Shown here piece by piece: positions 1-6,622 of a DNA stretch of 64,000 nt. The stretch covers positions 1-64,000 of the forward strand of contig JACRCW010000065.1 of assembly GCA_016218805.1 (NCBI GenBank), given 5' to 3'. The stretch comes from Deltaproteobacteria bacterium (GTDB lineage Bacteria; Myxococcota; JACRCW01). The notes under the pieces were generated by a model. That model was not told where the DNA came from and did not search any database. It worked only from the letters and a program-made list of their open reading frames with translations. The position numbers were made by a program, and so were the translations under genes. The stretch's first letter is position 1. Every line of letters begins with the position of its first letter.

Positions 1-127
1 ACGTCGCTGCGCTGCGCTCCGTCGTCGAGGGCCGCCCCCCAAGGGGGGCGGGTACGCATGCACGCAGAGCGTGCATGCAGTTCGGTCGGGGCATTCGTGG
101 AACAGATGCCGGCTCAGACTTGGATCC

Positions 128-166
128 GCCGCGGAAATGCCGGTTCAAGTCCGGCTGGTCACCCCA
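128..166 (+). pseudogene. Orphan 3' half of a tRNA-His-like gene (5' half not found in window)
   Basis: T arm GCCGG-TTCAAGT-CCGGC, AAAT variable loop, acceptor 3' strand TGGTCAC, C73 discriminator and CCA; no complementary 5' acceptor strand or D arm in 1-127. Confidence 0.6.
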
Positions 167-179
167 GTTTTGTCGTCGT

Positions 180-252
180 GGTCCCGAACGCCCCTGGTGG
201 GGCGGCCATCCTGTCACGGTGGTGAGGGCGGGTTCGAATCCCCCCGGGATCG
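180..252 (+). tRNA. tRNA-Asp(GTC)
   Basis: Acceptor GGTCCCG/CGGGATC+G73; anticodon arm CCATC-CTGTCAC-GGTGG; TTCGAAT T loop. Confidence 0.9.
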
Positions 253-256
253 TGAT

Positions 257-329
257 GGGTCGCGAGCCGGTCTGGTGATGGCAACCGGTTGAAGCCCGGT
301 CCAACCTGGTTCGATTCCAGGGCGTCCCA
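257..329 (+). tRNA. tRNA-Phe(GAA)
   Basis: Acceptor GGGTCGC/GCGTCCC+A; anticodon arm ACCGG-TTGAAGC-CCGGT; T arm CCTGG-TTCGATT-CCAGG. Confidence 0.88.
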
Positions 330-336
330 TGTTTCC

Positions 337-407
337 GGGCCTGCAGCTCCATGGTGGAGCATCCGCCCTGCAAGCGGAAGGCGAGGGTTCGATTCCCTCC
401 GGGTCCA
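337..407 (+). tRNA. tRNA-Ala(TGC), C33 variant
   Basis: Acceptor GGGCCTG/CGGGTCC+A with G3:U70 Ala determinant; anticodon arm TCCGC-CCTGCAA-GCGGA. Confidence 0.88.
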
Positions 408-446
408 ATTCACGTGGTTTACGGCGTCGGCACGCACGGGTGGGTT

Positions 447-503
447 GCCTCCCCCCATGTTGGGGGGAGGCCGGCCGATGCGGAGCATCGGCCGGGTGGG
501 GGG
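447..503. repeat. REP-like double-hairpin dispersed repeat, copy 1
   Basis: GCCTCCCCCC-loop-GGGGGGAGG then CGGCCGATGC-GGA-GCATCGGCCG-GGTGGGGGG; similar copies at 10223 and 13041. Confidence 0.85.
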
Positions 504-535
504 AGGCGCCAGCGCGCCGGCCCACGCATGTTCAC

Positions 536-610
536 GCCCGCGAGGCTCAACAGACGAGCGCCCGGCTCCGAACCGGGAGGGTGCAGGTGCAAGTCCTGCC
601 GCGGGTACCA
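536..610 (+). tRNA. tRNA-Arg(CCG)
   Basis: Acceptor GCCCGCG/CGCGGGT+A+CCA; anticodon arm CCCGG-CTCCGAA-CCGGG; atypical T loop TGCAAGT. Confidence 0.88.
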
Positions 611-614
611 GCGA

Positions 615-687
615 TCTCCCGTCGTTCAACGGACGAGGACACCGGGCGGCGAACCCGGAAATGGAGGTTCGATTCCTCCCGGGAGGA
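615..687 (+). tRNA. tRNA-Arg(GCG), G33 variant
   Basis: Acceptor TCTCCCG/CGGGAGG+A; anticodon arm CCGGG-CGGCGAA-CCCGG; T arm GGAGG-TTCGATT-CCTCC. Confidence 0.78.
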
Positions 688-699
688 ACTTGTTGTTGA

Positions 700-770
700 C
701 GCGGGTTGGTCCGGCGATCCGGTGGGCCTCATACACCCAACCGAGCGTGGTTCGACTCCACGACCCGCCA
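700..770 (+). tRNA. tRNA-Met(CAT), initiator-like, degenerate D arm
   Basis: Starts CGCGGG with 1:72 mismatch (C:C); anticodon arm TGGGC-CTCATAC-ACCCA; T arm CGTGG-TTCGACT-CCACG. Confidence 0.72.
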
Positions 771-789
771 ATTCAATTCGGCGATATTC

Positions 790-862
790 GCCGGGCGTGC
801 CGCCTGGGGGCGGCTCCGGTGTCACATACCGGCTCGGCAGGGTTCGATCCCCTGGCCCGGCA
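790..862 (+). tRNA. tRNA-Val(CAC)
   Basis: Acceptor GCCGGGC/GCCCGGC+A; anticodon arm CCGGT-GTCACAT-ACCGG; T arm CAGGG-TTCGATC-CCCTG. Confidence 0.85.
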
Positions 863-877
863 TTTCACGCAACATGT

Positions 878-956
878 CCACTGGTAGCCCAACCCTGGTA
901 GAGGCAGCGGTCTCAGAAGCCGTCCAGTGAGGGTTCGAATCCCTCCCGGTGGACCA
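878..956 (+). tRNA. tRNA-Leu(CAG), short variable loop
   Basis: Acceptor CCACTGG/CCGGTGG+A+CCA; anticodon arm GCGGT-CTCAGAA-GCCGT; 5-nt variable loop CCAGT. Confidence 0.85.
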
Positions 957-964
957 TCTTTCAC

Positions 965-1041
965 GTCGTCGTAGCCCAACGTCCGGTAGAGGCAGCAGGT
1001 CGAGAGCCTGCGCAGTGGGGGTTCGACTCCCCCCGGCGACA
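965..1041 (+). tRNA. tRNA-Leu(GAG), short variable loop, C33
   Basis: Acceptor GTCGTCG/CGGCGAC+A; anticodon arm GCAGG-TCGAGAG-CCTGC; variable loop GCAGT. Confidence 0.83.
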
Positions 1042-1046
1042 ACCGT

Positions 1047-1119
1047 GCCCCGGTAGCCCAACGGCAGAGGCAGCAGGCTCAAGTCCTGCACAGTGGGGGT
1101 TCAAATCCCTCGCGGGGCA
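1047..1119 (+). tRNA. tRNA-Leu(CAA), short variable loop
   Basis: Acceptor GCCCCGG/GCGGGGC+A (7:66 mismatch); anticodon arm GCAGG-CTCAAGT-CCTGC; variable loop ACAGT. Confidence 0.83.
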
Positions 1120-1163
1120 AATCAACCCATTTCGCACGCAAGTGCGGGAAAGGAGTCCGCGCC

Positions 1164-1730
1164 ATGTTCGCGGAGACGCTTGTGTTGGATCCCGGGTGGA
1201 CCCCGGTAGCCCGCATCAACTGGCAGCGGGCCGTGACGTTGCTGTGGGAAGGCAAGGTGGAGGTGATTGAAGAATACGAAGACCGCGTGGTGCGGAGCAT
1301 GACGCTAGAGATCCAGGTTCCCTCGGTGATCCGGTTCCTGCGCGGGCACATCGGCCGGAAGCGGGCCATCCGGTTCTCGCGGCAGAACGTGTTTGTACGT
1401 GACGGTGGCCGTTGCCAGTACTGCCGCGCGCGGGTGGCGCGGCCGGAGGCCACGTATGACCACGTGGTGCCGCGCGTGATGGGCGGCCGCACGTGCTGGG
1501 AGAACGTGGTGATTGCCTGCATGGCGTGCAACCAGCGCAAGGGTGGGCGCACGCCGGTGCAGGCGCGGATGCGCCTGGGCACCCTGCCGGTGAAGCCGGA
1601 CCGGTTGCCGGGAGGTCCGTCGTATTTCCTGACGTTCCAGCGCGGGATGCCGGAGAGCTGGCGCGCCTACCTGCGGGATGCGGTGGCGTCGCTGCACTAC
1701 TGGAATGACGAGCTGGAGCAGGATGCCTGA
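1164..1730 (+). CDS. HNH endonuclease (McrA/HNH_5-like)
   Basis: RDGGRCQYC...TYDHVVPRVMGGRTCWENVVIACMACNQRKG motif; AAGGAG RBS. Confidence 0.92.
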   Translation: MFAETLVLDPGWTPVARINWQRAVTLLWEGKVEVIEEYEDRVVRSMTLEIQVPSVIRFLRGHIGRKRAIRFSRQNVFVRDGGRCQYCRARVARPEATYDHVVPRVMGGRTCWENVVIACMACNQRKGGRTPVQARMRLGTLPVKPDRLPGGPSYFLTFQRGMPESWRAYLRDAVASLHYWNDELEQDA

Positions 1731-1770
1731 CGCAGTGTGAAACGCGCGGTGACATCGTCGCTGCGCGCCT

Positions 1771-1858
1771 GGAGGGTGTGCACGGCGGGGTCGCCGGCGC
1801 CGCCTCGAAAGCGGCGGGGCCGGGTTACCGGTCCGGGGTTCGAGTCCTCCGCCCTCCT
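1771..1858 (+). tRNA. tRNA-Ser(CGA)
   Basis: Acceptor GGAGGGT/GCCCTCC; anticodon arm GCCGC-CTCGAAA-GCGGC; long variable arm; TTCGAGT T loop. Confidence 0.8.
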
Positions 1859-1874
1859 TTTGAAGTACCTACGC

Positions 1875-1959
1875 GGATGGTGAACGGCGTTGGACGCCGG
1901 CCCGGCTGGAACCCGGGTGGACCCCTGGTGGGTCCGGGGTTCGATTCCTCCACCATCCG
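1875..1959 (+). tRNA. tRNA-Ser(GGA)
   Basis: Acceptor GGATGGT/ACCATCC+G; anticodon arm CCCGG-CTGGAAC-CCGGG; long variable arm GGACCC/GGGTCC. Confidence 0.87.
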
Positions 1960-1962
1960 TCG

Positions 1963-2051
1963 TCGAGGCGCCGGGAGGCGTTCCTTCGTAAGGGACGAAG
2001 ACGGATGGGCCGCGAGCCCGTCACCGTCAACGCTTTCCAACCGATCCTCGA
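1963..2051 (+). ncRNA. Candidate second Y RNA (no tRNA-like domain)
   Basis: Terminal stem TCGAGG/CCTCGA, internal loop, helix GGGAGGCGTT/AACGCTTTCC closing two hairpins; termini match those of the YrlA at 2178. Confidence 0.6.
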
Positions 2052-2080
2052 TAGCACCGCGGCGAATCACTGCCGCACCT

Positions 2081-2167
2081 GGAGAGCACACCGGGCGAGG
2101 CGCCCGGCCGGTCCGCTAAACCGTGAGGCCCGCACGCGGGTCGGGGGTTCGATTCCCCGGTTCTCCG
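2081..2167 (+). tRNA. tRNA-Ser(GCT), C33
   Basis: Acceptor GGAGAGC/GTTCTCC+G; anticodon loop CCGCTAA; long variable arm GGCCCGC/GCGGGTC; TTCGATT T loop. Confidence 0.82.
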
Positions 2168-2177
2168 TTCCACGCCA

Positions 2178-2314
2178 TTCCGAGGCGAAGACCAGGGTTC
2201 CTTCGGCTGATACCCCGTAGGTCGCGGGTTCGAATCCCGTCGGGTGCAGCGATGCGCCCGTAGCTCAGTCCGGCAGAGCAACGCACGGTCCCAGGTCATT
2301 CACCATCCTCGGAT
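2178..2314 (+). ncRNA. yrlA: YrlA-type bacterial Y RNA (tRNA mimic)
   Basis: Terminal stem TCCGAGG/CCTCGGA with GGCGAAG (GNCGAAN0-1G motif); permuted tRNA domain: T arm GCGGG-TTCGAAT-CCCGT, closed acceptor CGGGTGCA-GCGA-TGCGCCCG, D arm TAGCTCAG..AGAGC; directly upstream of TROVE gene. Confidence 0.88.
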
Positions 2315-2360
2315 TTCATCGTCGTCACGGCCCTTCCGGTTCTTACGCGCGAGGTGCGTC

Positions 2361-3881
2361 ATGTCCCGCAAGGCACTGGCAATGTTCGGCGCATCGGCAC
2401 GCTCGGTGTCCGCGCCCATCCGCAACCATGACGGTTACCCGGCCTGGGAGCGCCCGTTGGAGGAGCGCTACCTGCAGGCGCTGCTGTGCAACACGCTGGG
2501 GAACACGTTCTATGCATCCGCGTCCAACCTGCTGGCGGAGACACGTGCTGTGCACGCGGAGATGATGCTGGGGGACACGGCGTTTGCCGCCAAGGCAATC
2601 ATGTACGCGCGCATGCGCGGACTGATGCGCACGCAGCCGGTGTACGGGCTCGCGTCGCTGGCCGGCACGGACCTGGCGCGGTTCCGCGAGGCGTTTGACC
2701 GCGTGGTGCTGACGCCGGCGGACCTGGCGGACTTCACGACGATGGTGAAGGCCCAACGGCGCGGGGAGGGCGGCCGCGCGATCAAGTCCATCGCCGGGCG
2801 GCGGCTGCTGCGTCTGGATGAATACCGGGTGATCAAGTACGGCGCGGAGCGCGCGGACGGCGGGTACGCGCTGCGGGACCTGTTCCGCGTGCACCACCCG
2901 CGCGCGGGGCGCCGGTTGCCGCTGGTGGACTACCTGCTGGGCCGCGCGGATGCGGCGGCGCTGGCGGCTTTGCCGCAAATACGCGCGCTGGAGGACCTCA
3001 AGCGCGCGACTACGGACGAGGCGAAGGTTGAGGCGATCACGCGCGGGCGCCTGCCGGTCGAGGTGGCGTCGTCGTTCGCGGGATCCTCGCGCGCGGTGTG
3101 GAGCGCGATTGTGCCGCAGCTGCCGATGCTGGCGCTGGTGCGTCACCTGGCCACGCTGGAGCGTCACGGCGTTCTCGACGAGCACCGGGCGTTGCTGGAG
3201 TCGCGCTTCGGGGATGCGCGCGCGGTGCAGCGCAGCCGGGTGCTGCCGTTCCGGTTCCTGGAGGCGTCGCGGCACGTGAAGAGCGCGTGGGCGCGGGACG
3301 CGTTGCGGGACGCGTTGGAGCACGCGTTTGGCGCGGTGCCGTCGCTGCACGGACGGACGGTGGTGTGCCTGGACCGGTCCGGCTCCATGGGCGCGTACAT
3401 CCAGCAAGCGGCCATCTTTGCACTGTGCGCGTTGAAGAAGGCGCGCGGTGATGGGCGGCTGTTGCTGTTTGACGACCGCCTGGACGAGTTGGCGCTGTCA
3501 CTGCGTGACTCCGTGCTCTCCCAGGCGGAGTCCATCCGGGTGCGCGGTGGCACCAACCACACGCTCGCCGTGGATGAGCTGCTGCGCACGCGGGAGCGCG
3601 TGGACTCGCTGGTGTACGTGACGGATGAGCAGCAGAACACGGGCTCGCCGCTGCTGGACCGGTTGGACGTGTACCGGCGGAAGGTGAACGCAGACGTGAA
3701 GGTGTTCATCGTGAACGTGGCGCCGTACGTGCAGTCGGTGGCGCCGCCGCACGAGAAGAAGACGTTCCACGTGTTCGGCTGGTCGGACGCAGTGTTGTCC
3801 TTCCTGGCCATGGCGAGCCGCGGTTTCGGTTCGCTGGTGGACGTGGTGCGCTCCGGCGCGTGGGACGTGGAGGTGAATTGA
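2361..3881 (+). CDS. rsr: Ro60/TROVE domain RNA-binding protein with C-terminal vWA domain
   Basis: TROVE hallmarks (LGNTFYAS, VIKY, LRDLFRVHHPR, LPMLALVRHL, VLPFRFL) and MIDAS DRSGSM; ATG 2361 with GAGGT RBS, preferred over the track start 2244 which lies inside YrlA. Confidence 0.92.
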   Translation: MSRKALAMFGASARSVSAPIRNHDGYPAWERPLEERYLQALLCNTLGNTFYASASNLLAETRAVHAEMMLGDTAFAAKAIMYARMRGLMRTQPVYGLASLAGTDLARFREAFDRVVLTPADLADFTTMVKAQRRGEGGRAIKSIAGRRLLRLDEYRVIKYGAERADGGYALRDLFRVHHPRAGRRLPLVDYLLGRADAAALAALPQIRALEDLKRATTDEAKVEAITRGRLPVEVASSFAGSSRAVWSAIVPQLPMLALVRHLATLERHGVLDEHRALLESRFGDARAVQRSRVLPFRFLEASRHVKSAWARDALRDALEHAFGAVPSLHGRTVVCLDRSGSMGAYIQQAAIFALCALKKARGDGRLLLFDDRLDELALSLRDSVLSQAESIRVRGGTNHTLAVDELLRTRERVDSLVYVTDEQQNTGSPLLDRLDVYRRKVNADVKVFIVNVAPYVQSVAPPHEKKTFHVFGWSDAVLSFLAMASRGFGSLVDVVRSGAWDVEVN

Positions 3882-3892
3882 CTGAATTGACG

Positions 3893-3971
3893 TCCTGGGA
3901 GGGCGAGGCTTCTGCCGAGCCTGGTGAAGACGGGTTGCCGCAGGGCTCGCCGGAGGCTCGCCCTCCCAGGA
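3893..3971. repeat. Long imperfect inverted repeat (REP-like/bidirectional terminator) between convergent genes
   Basis: TCCTGGGAGGGCGAGGCTTCTGCCGAGCC ... GGCTCGCCGGAGGCTCGCCCTCCCAGGA. Confidence 0.75.
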
Positions 3972-3985
3972 TCTCCGCGGTGGGG

Positions 3986-5791
3986 TCACGCCAGGCGGCT
4001 GAAGCGGCGGTCACTCTCCGGGAAGTCCACGCCCAGCGCTGCACTCACCAGCACGCCCAGCAGCCCCGCCACCACAAGCCCGTGCCCGTCCCAGTTGGGG
4101 AACGCGGGTGCCGCGGGCCCCGGCACGCACGTCATCAACGCACCGCCCACCACCGTGCCGATGGCGACCCACTGGTACAAGCGCAGGCCGCGGTACTCGG
4201 GCGTCTGCGGCTCGCCGCGCAGTGATTCCTCCACGAACCGTCCGATGCCGGTCATCACCAGGTAGATACCGCAAAGAAACGGCAGCGGGACATGCAGGGA
4301 CCACAGCCGCGCCACGACAAGAAACACGGGTGCGTTCCACAGGATGCTGTACAGCGGTGTTGCGTGGATGGGCACGCCACCCAGCGCGGACAGCCGCACC
4401 ACCCGGGACCGCGGGTGCGTGCAGCGGATGCCCAGCTGTGCCGGCGCTGCGCGGCCGTGACAACAGCCCTGCACCAGGCAGCGGACCCGGCCCCACGCCT
4501 GCACCAGGGGCGCACCGACGGCGTAGGCGCCCAGGATCATCCAGCCGTTGGTCCCCCACAGCGGCGCGGTCACCGCGCCGATCATGATCCCCAGCACGCC
4601 GCCGTAGAAGCCGTACGGCCGCATGAGCTGGTGGCTGCCCTCAATGATCTGCGCCCACGCGCCGGCGGTGAACAGGCCACAGCACGCGGCCCACGCAATG
4701 GCGGGCGCGTGCTCCACGCCCAGCAGCGCGTGCGCGAGCGCAACGGTGAGGAACGTGCCGATGCCGGCGTACGCGCCGTGGTTGATGATCCGCACCGGCC
4801 CAAACCGCCATTCGTGCCAGCTGTTGGCGACGCGCTCCGTGGTGGCGCGTAACAACTCCCAAACGGATGGGTAGCGGATGATGGCCGCGCCCACCGCCAC
4901 GCCTGCGAGAATGTCCGCGACGGTGTGCATCCCCGTGAGCGAGCAAGCCGCGGCGACCGCGGCGGCCCACGCCCACGCGAGCCACGCGAACGCACGCGGG
5001 AGGGCGGCGGCGCAGAGCATGGCCCAGACGACGTGGAAGGACGGGAACGCGGCGGCGGGGCTGTCCCACGCGCGCTCCATGGCAAGCAACCCGCCCAGCG
5101 GATCATTGACGTTGAACGGGCGCGGGACCGCGCAGACGGGGAGCGCGAGGTGCAGGGGAAACACCACTGCCATGGCAATCCACCCACGGAGTTGGAACGC
5201 GCGCAGGTCGCCGCGGGTCCGCACCAGCCACGGGGTTGCCAGCGCGACGACGTACGCGCTCGCGTACACGGGTTCCGCCCACGCGAACACGGGCCACGCG
5301 GCTTCGCCCGGGAGCGCAAGCATCACGGCGTCCGGCGCAGGGCCCAGCGCAACGATGAGTTCATACGCGGCCAGCCACGGCAGCAATACGTTGATCCACA
5401 TGGCGGCGCGCTCCCTGGCGGCCAGCGGCGCGGCACCGGGCGCAAGCGGTGCCAACAGCGGTGCGGCGGGCAGCGGGAGGCGCCCGCGTTCCCATCCCCA
5501 CACCAGCGCGGCCGACGCGGCAGCGAGCACGGGCGTGACCAGGTAGAGCCCCGCGCTGGACCGCGCCAGGATGCTGCCTCCGCCGACGAGAAACACCGCA
5601 CCGGCATGGAGCGGATGAGCCACTGCGCCGGGGCGCAGCGCCCACAGCAACGCGCCGGCAATCACCGCAACGGCGCCGGCCGCATCGGGCAGCGGGATGG
5701 GCAGGTGGACCACGCCGGGGACCGCCAGTGCCCAGGCCGCGCACCCGGCCACGGACAGCGCGGACAGCAGGAGCGTGCGCATCACGGCCAT
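3986..5791 (-). CDS. PAP2-family phosphatase / Lgt-like fusion membrane protein
   Basis: FPSFHV and GMHTVAD PAP2 motifs; C-terminal GRVRCLVQGCCHG, HATPLY, RFVEESLR Lgt motifs; start coupled to upstream stop (5791 or 5782). Confidence 0.8.
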   Translation of the reverse strand: MAVMRTLLLSALSVAGCAAWALAVPGVVHLPIPLPDAAGAVAVIAGALLWALRPGAVAHPLHAGAVFLVGGGSILARSSAGLYLVTPVLAAASAALVWGWERGRLPLPAAPLLAPLAPGAAPLAARERAAMWINVLLPWLAAYELIVALGPAPDAVMLALPGEAAWPVFAWAEPVYASAYVVALATPWLVRTRGDLRAFQLRGWIAMAVVFPLHLALPVCAVPRPFNVNDPLGGLLAMERAWDSPAAAFPSFHVVWAMLCAAALPRAFAWLAWAWAAAVAAACSLTGMHTVADILAGVAVGAAIIRYPSVWELLRATTERVANSWHEWRFGPVRIINHGAYAGIGTFLTVALAHALLGVEHAPAIAWAACCGLFTAGAWAQIIEGSHQLMRPYGFYGGVLGIMIGAVTAPLWGTNGWMILGAYAVGAPLVQAWGRVRCLVQGCCHGRAAPAQLGIRCTHPRSRVVRLSALGGVPIHATPLYSILWNAPVFLVVARLWSLHVPLPFLCGIYLVMTGIGRFVEESLRGEPQTPEYRGLRLYQWVAIGTVVGGALMTCVPGPAAPAFPNWDGHGLVVAGLLGVLVSAALGVDFPESDRRFSRLA

Positions 5792-6564
5792 CGGACCACC
5801 TCGTGAATGGTCCAGCCGTGGGACTCCGCCTTTCCCGCCCGCTGCAGCCGCGAGCGCGAGAGCCACTTGGTCTCGTCAATGAGCAGGGTCCGACCGGGTA
5901 AGATCTGCAAAACGCGCCGGGGCAGCAGCGACAGCGCAGAGAAGCCGAGCTGTCCCTGGCGCAACAACTCGGTCAAATCAAAACGGAGGTTGACGGTGGG
6001 CGACGCGATCCCTCCTTCGTTCACGGTCGCATCGGCGACCTCCACGCCGTCCAGCAACACGGTGCGGAAAGTGTGCGGACCGCGCCAGTCAATCCATGTG
6101 AGACACGCGTCCGCCGAGACAAAGCGTCCCCACCACAGCTCGCGGATGGGCAGGGACCACGGCGGCGCGGTGAGCGTGAGGACCTCGGCGTAGCCATGGC
6201 CGGTCAGCGTGGTGGCGCCGTCAACCAGTGTGGCGCGCGCGCCGGGAGCAAGGCAGTTCCAGCGGATGCATCCGTGCGCGTCGTCAAGGACGGTGCGTTC
6301 CACCGGCGGCGCGGTGGCGGCCCACGTGCCGCGCGTGTCCAGCGCGCGGCTGTGCCAGTGGAGCGTGTCGTCGTGCTGGTGCGGCTCGGTGGGAGCGCGG
6401 AATCGCGTGCGCGTGGTGGTGGGCAATCCCGGAGAATGCCGCAGCAGGCTCTGGTAGCCCACGCGAACAGCGCCGATGGTGAGCTGCGCCGCGTAGATGA
6501 TCGCCGCGTCTCCCCCGTCGGTCACGATGTCGAGGTACCACTTGCGCAGGAAGAACCGGGTCAC
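5782..6564 (-). CDS. Hypothetical protein (lipocalin/tocopherol-cyclase-like)
   Basis: LRKWYLD N-terminus, GHGYAEVL..LWWGRF; start estimated at GTG 6564. Confidence 0.6.
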   Translation of the reverse strand: MTRFFLRKWYLDIVTDGGDAAIIYAAQLTIGAVRVGYQSLLRHSPGLPTTTRTRFRAPTEPHQHDDTLHWHSRALDTRGTWAATAPPVERTVLDDAHGCIRWNCLAPGARATLVDGATTLTGHGYAEVLTLTAPPWSLPIRELWWGRFVSADACLTWIDWRGPHTFRTVLLDGVEVADATVNEGGIASPTVNLRFDLTELLRQGQLGFSALSLLPRRVLQILPGRTLLIDETKWLSRSRLQRAGKAESHGWTIHEVVRWP

Positions 6565-6622
6565 TCCCACGTTGGCGCCCGTATACTGCCGCAGCGCCGA
6601 CGGGTACACGCCCGGGGCACCC

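Noticed and set aside
50..125. Possible group II intron domains V/VI
   Set aside because: The hairpin lacks the AGC/CGC triad geometry and the 3'-side 2-nt bulge, and no AY end restores a His anticodon loop; kept only as an unresolved structured region.
71..1091. Many short ORFs on both strands in the ORF track
   Set aside because: They overlap tRNA genes and have no protein-like features.
2059..2076. Small hairpin GCGGC-GAATCACT-GCCGC containing GGCGAA
   Set aside because: Too short to be a Y RNA; likely spacer structure.
2244..2360. N-terminal extension of the TROVE ORF
   Set aside because: Overlaps YrlA; ATG 2361 has a good RBS.
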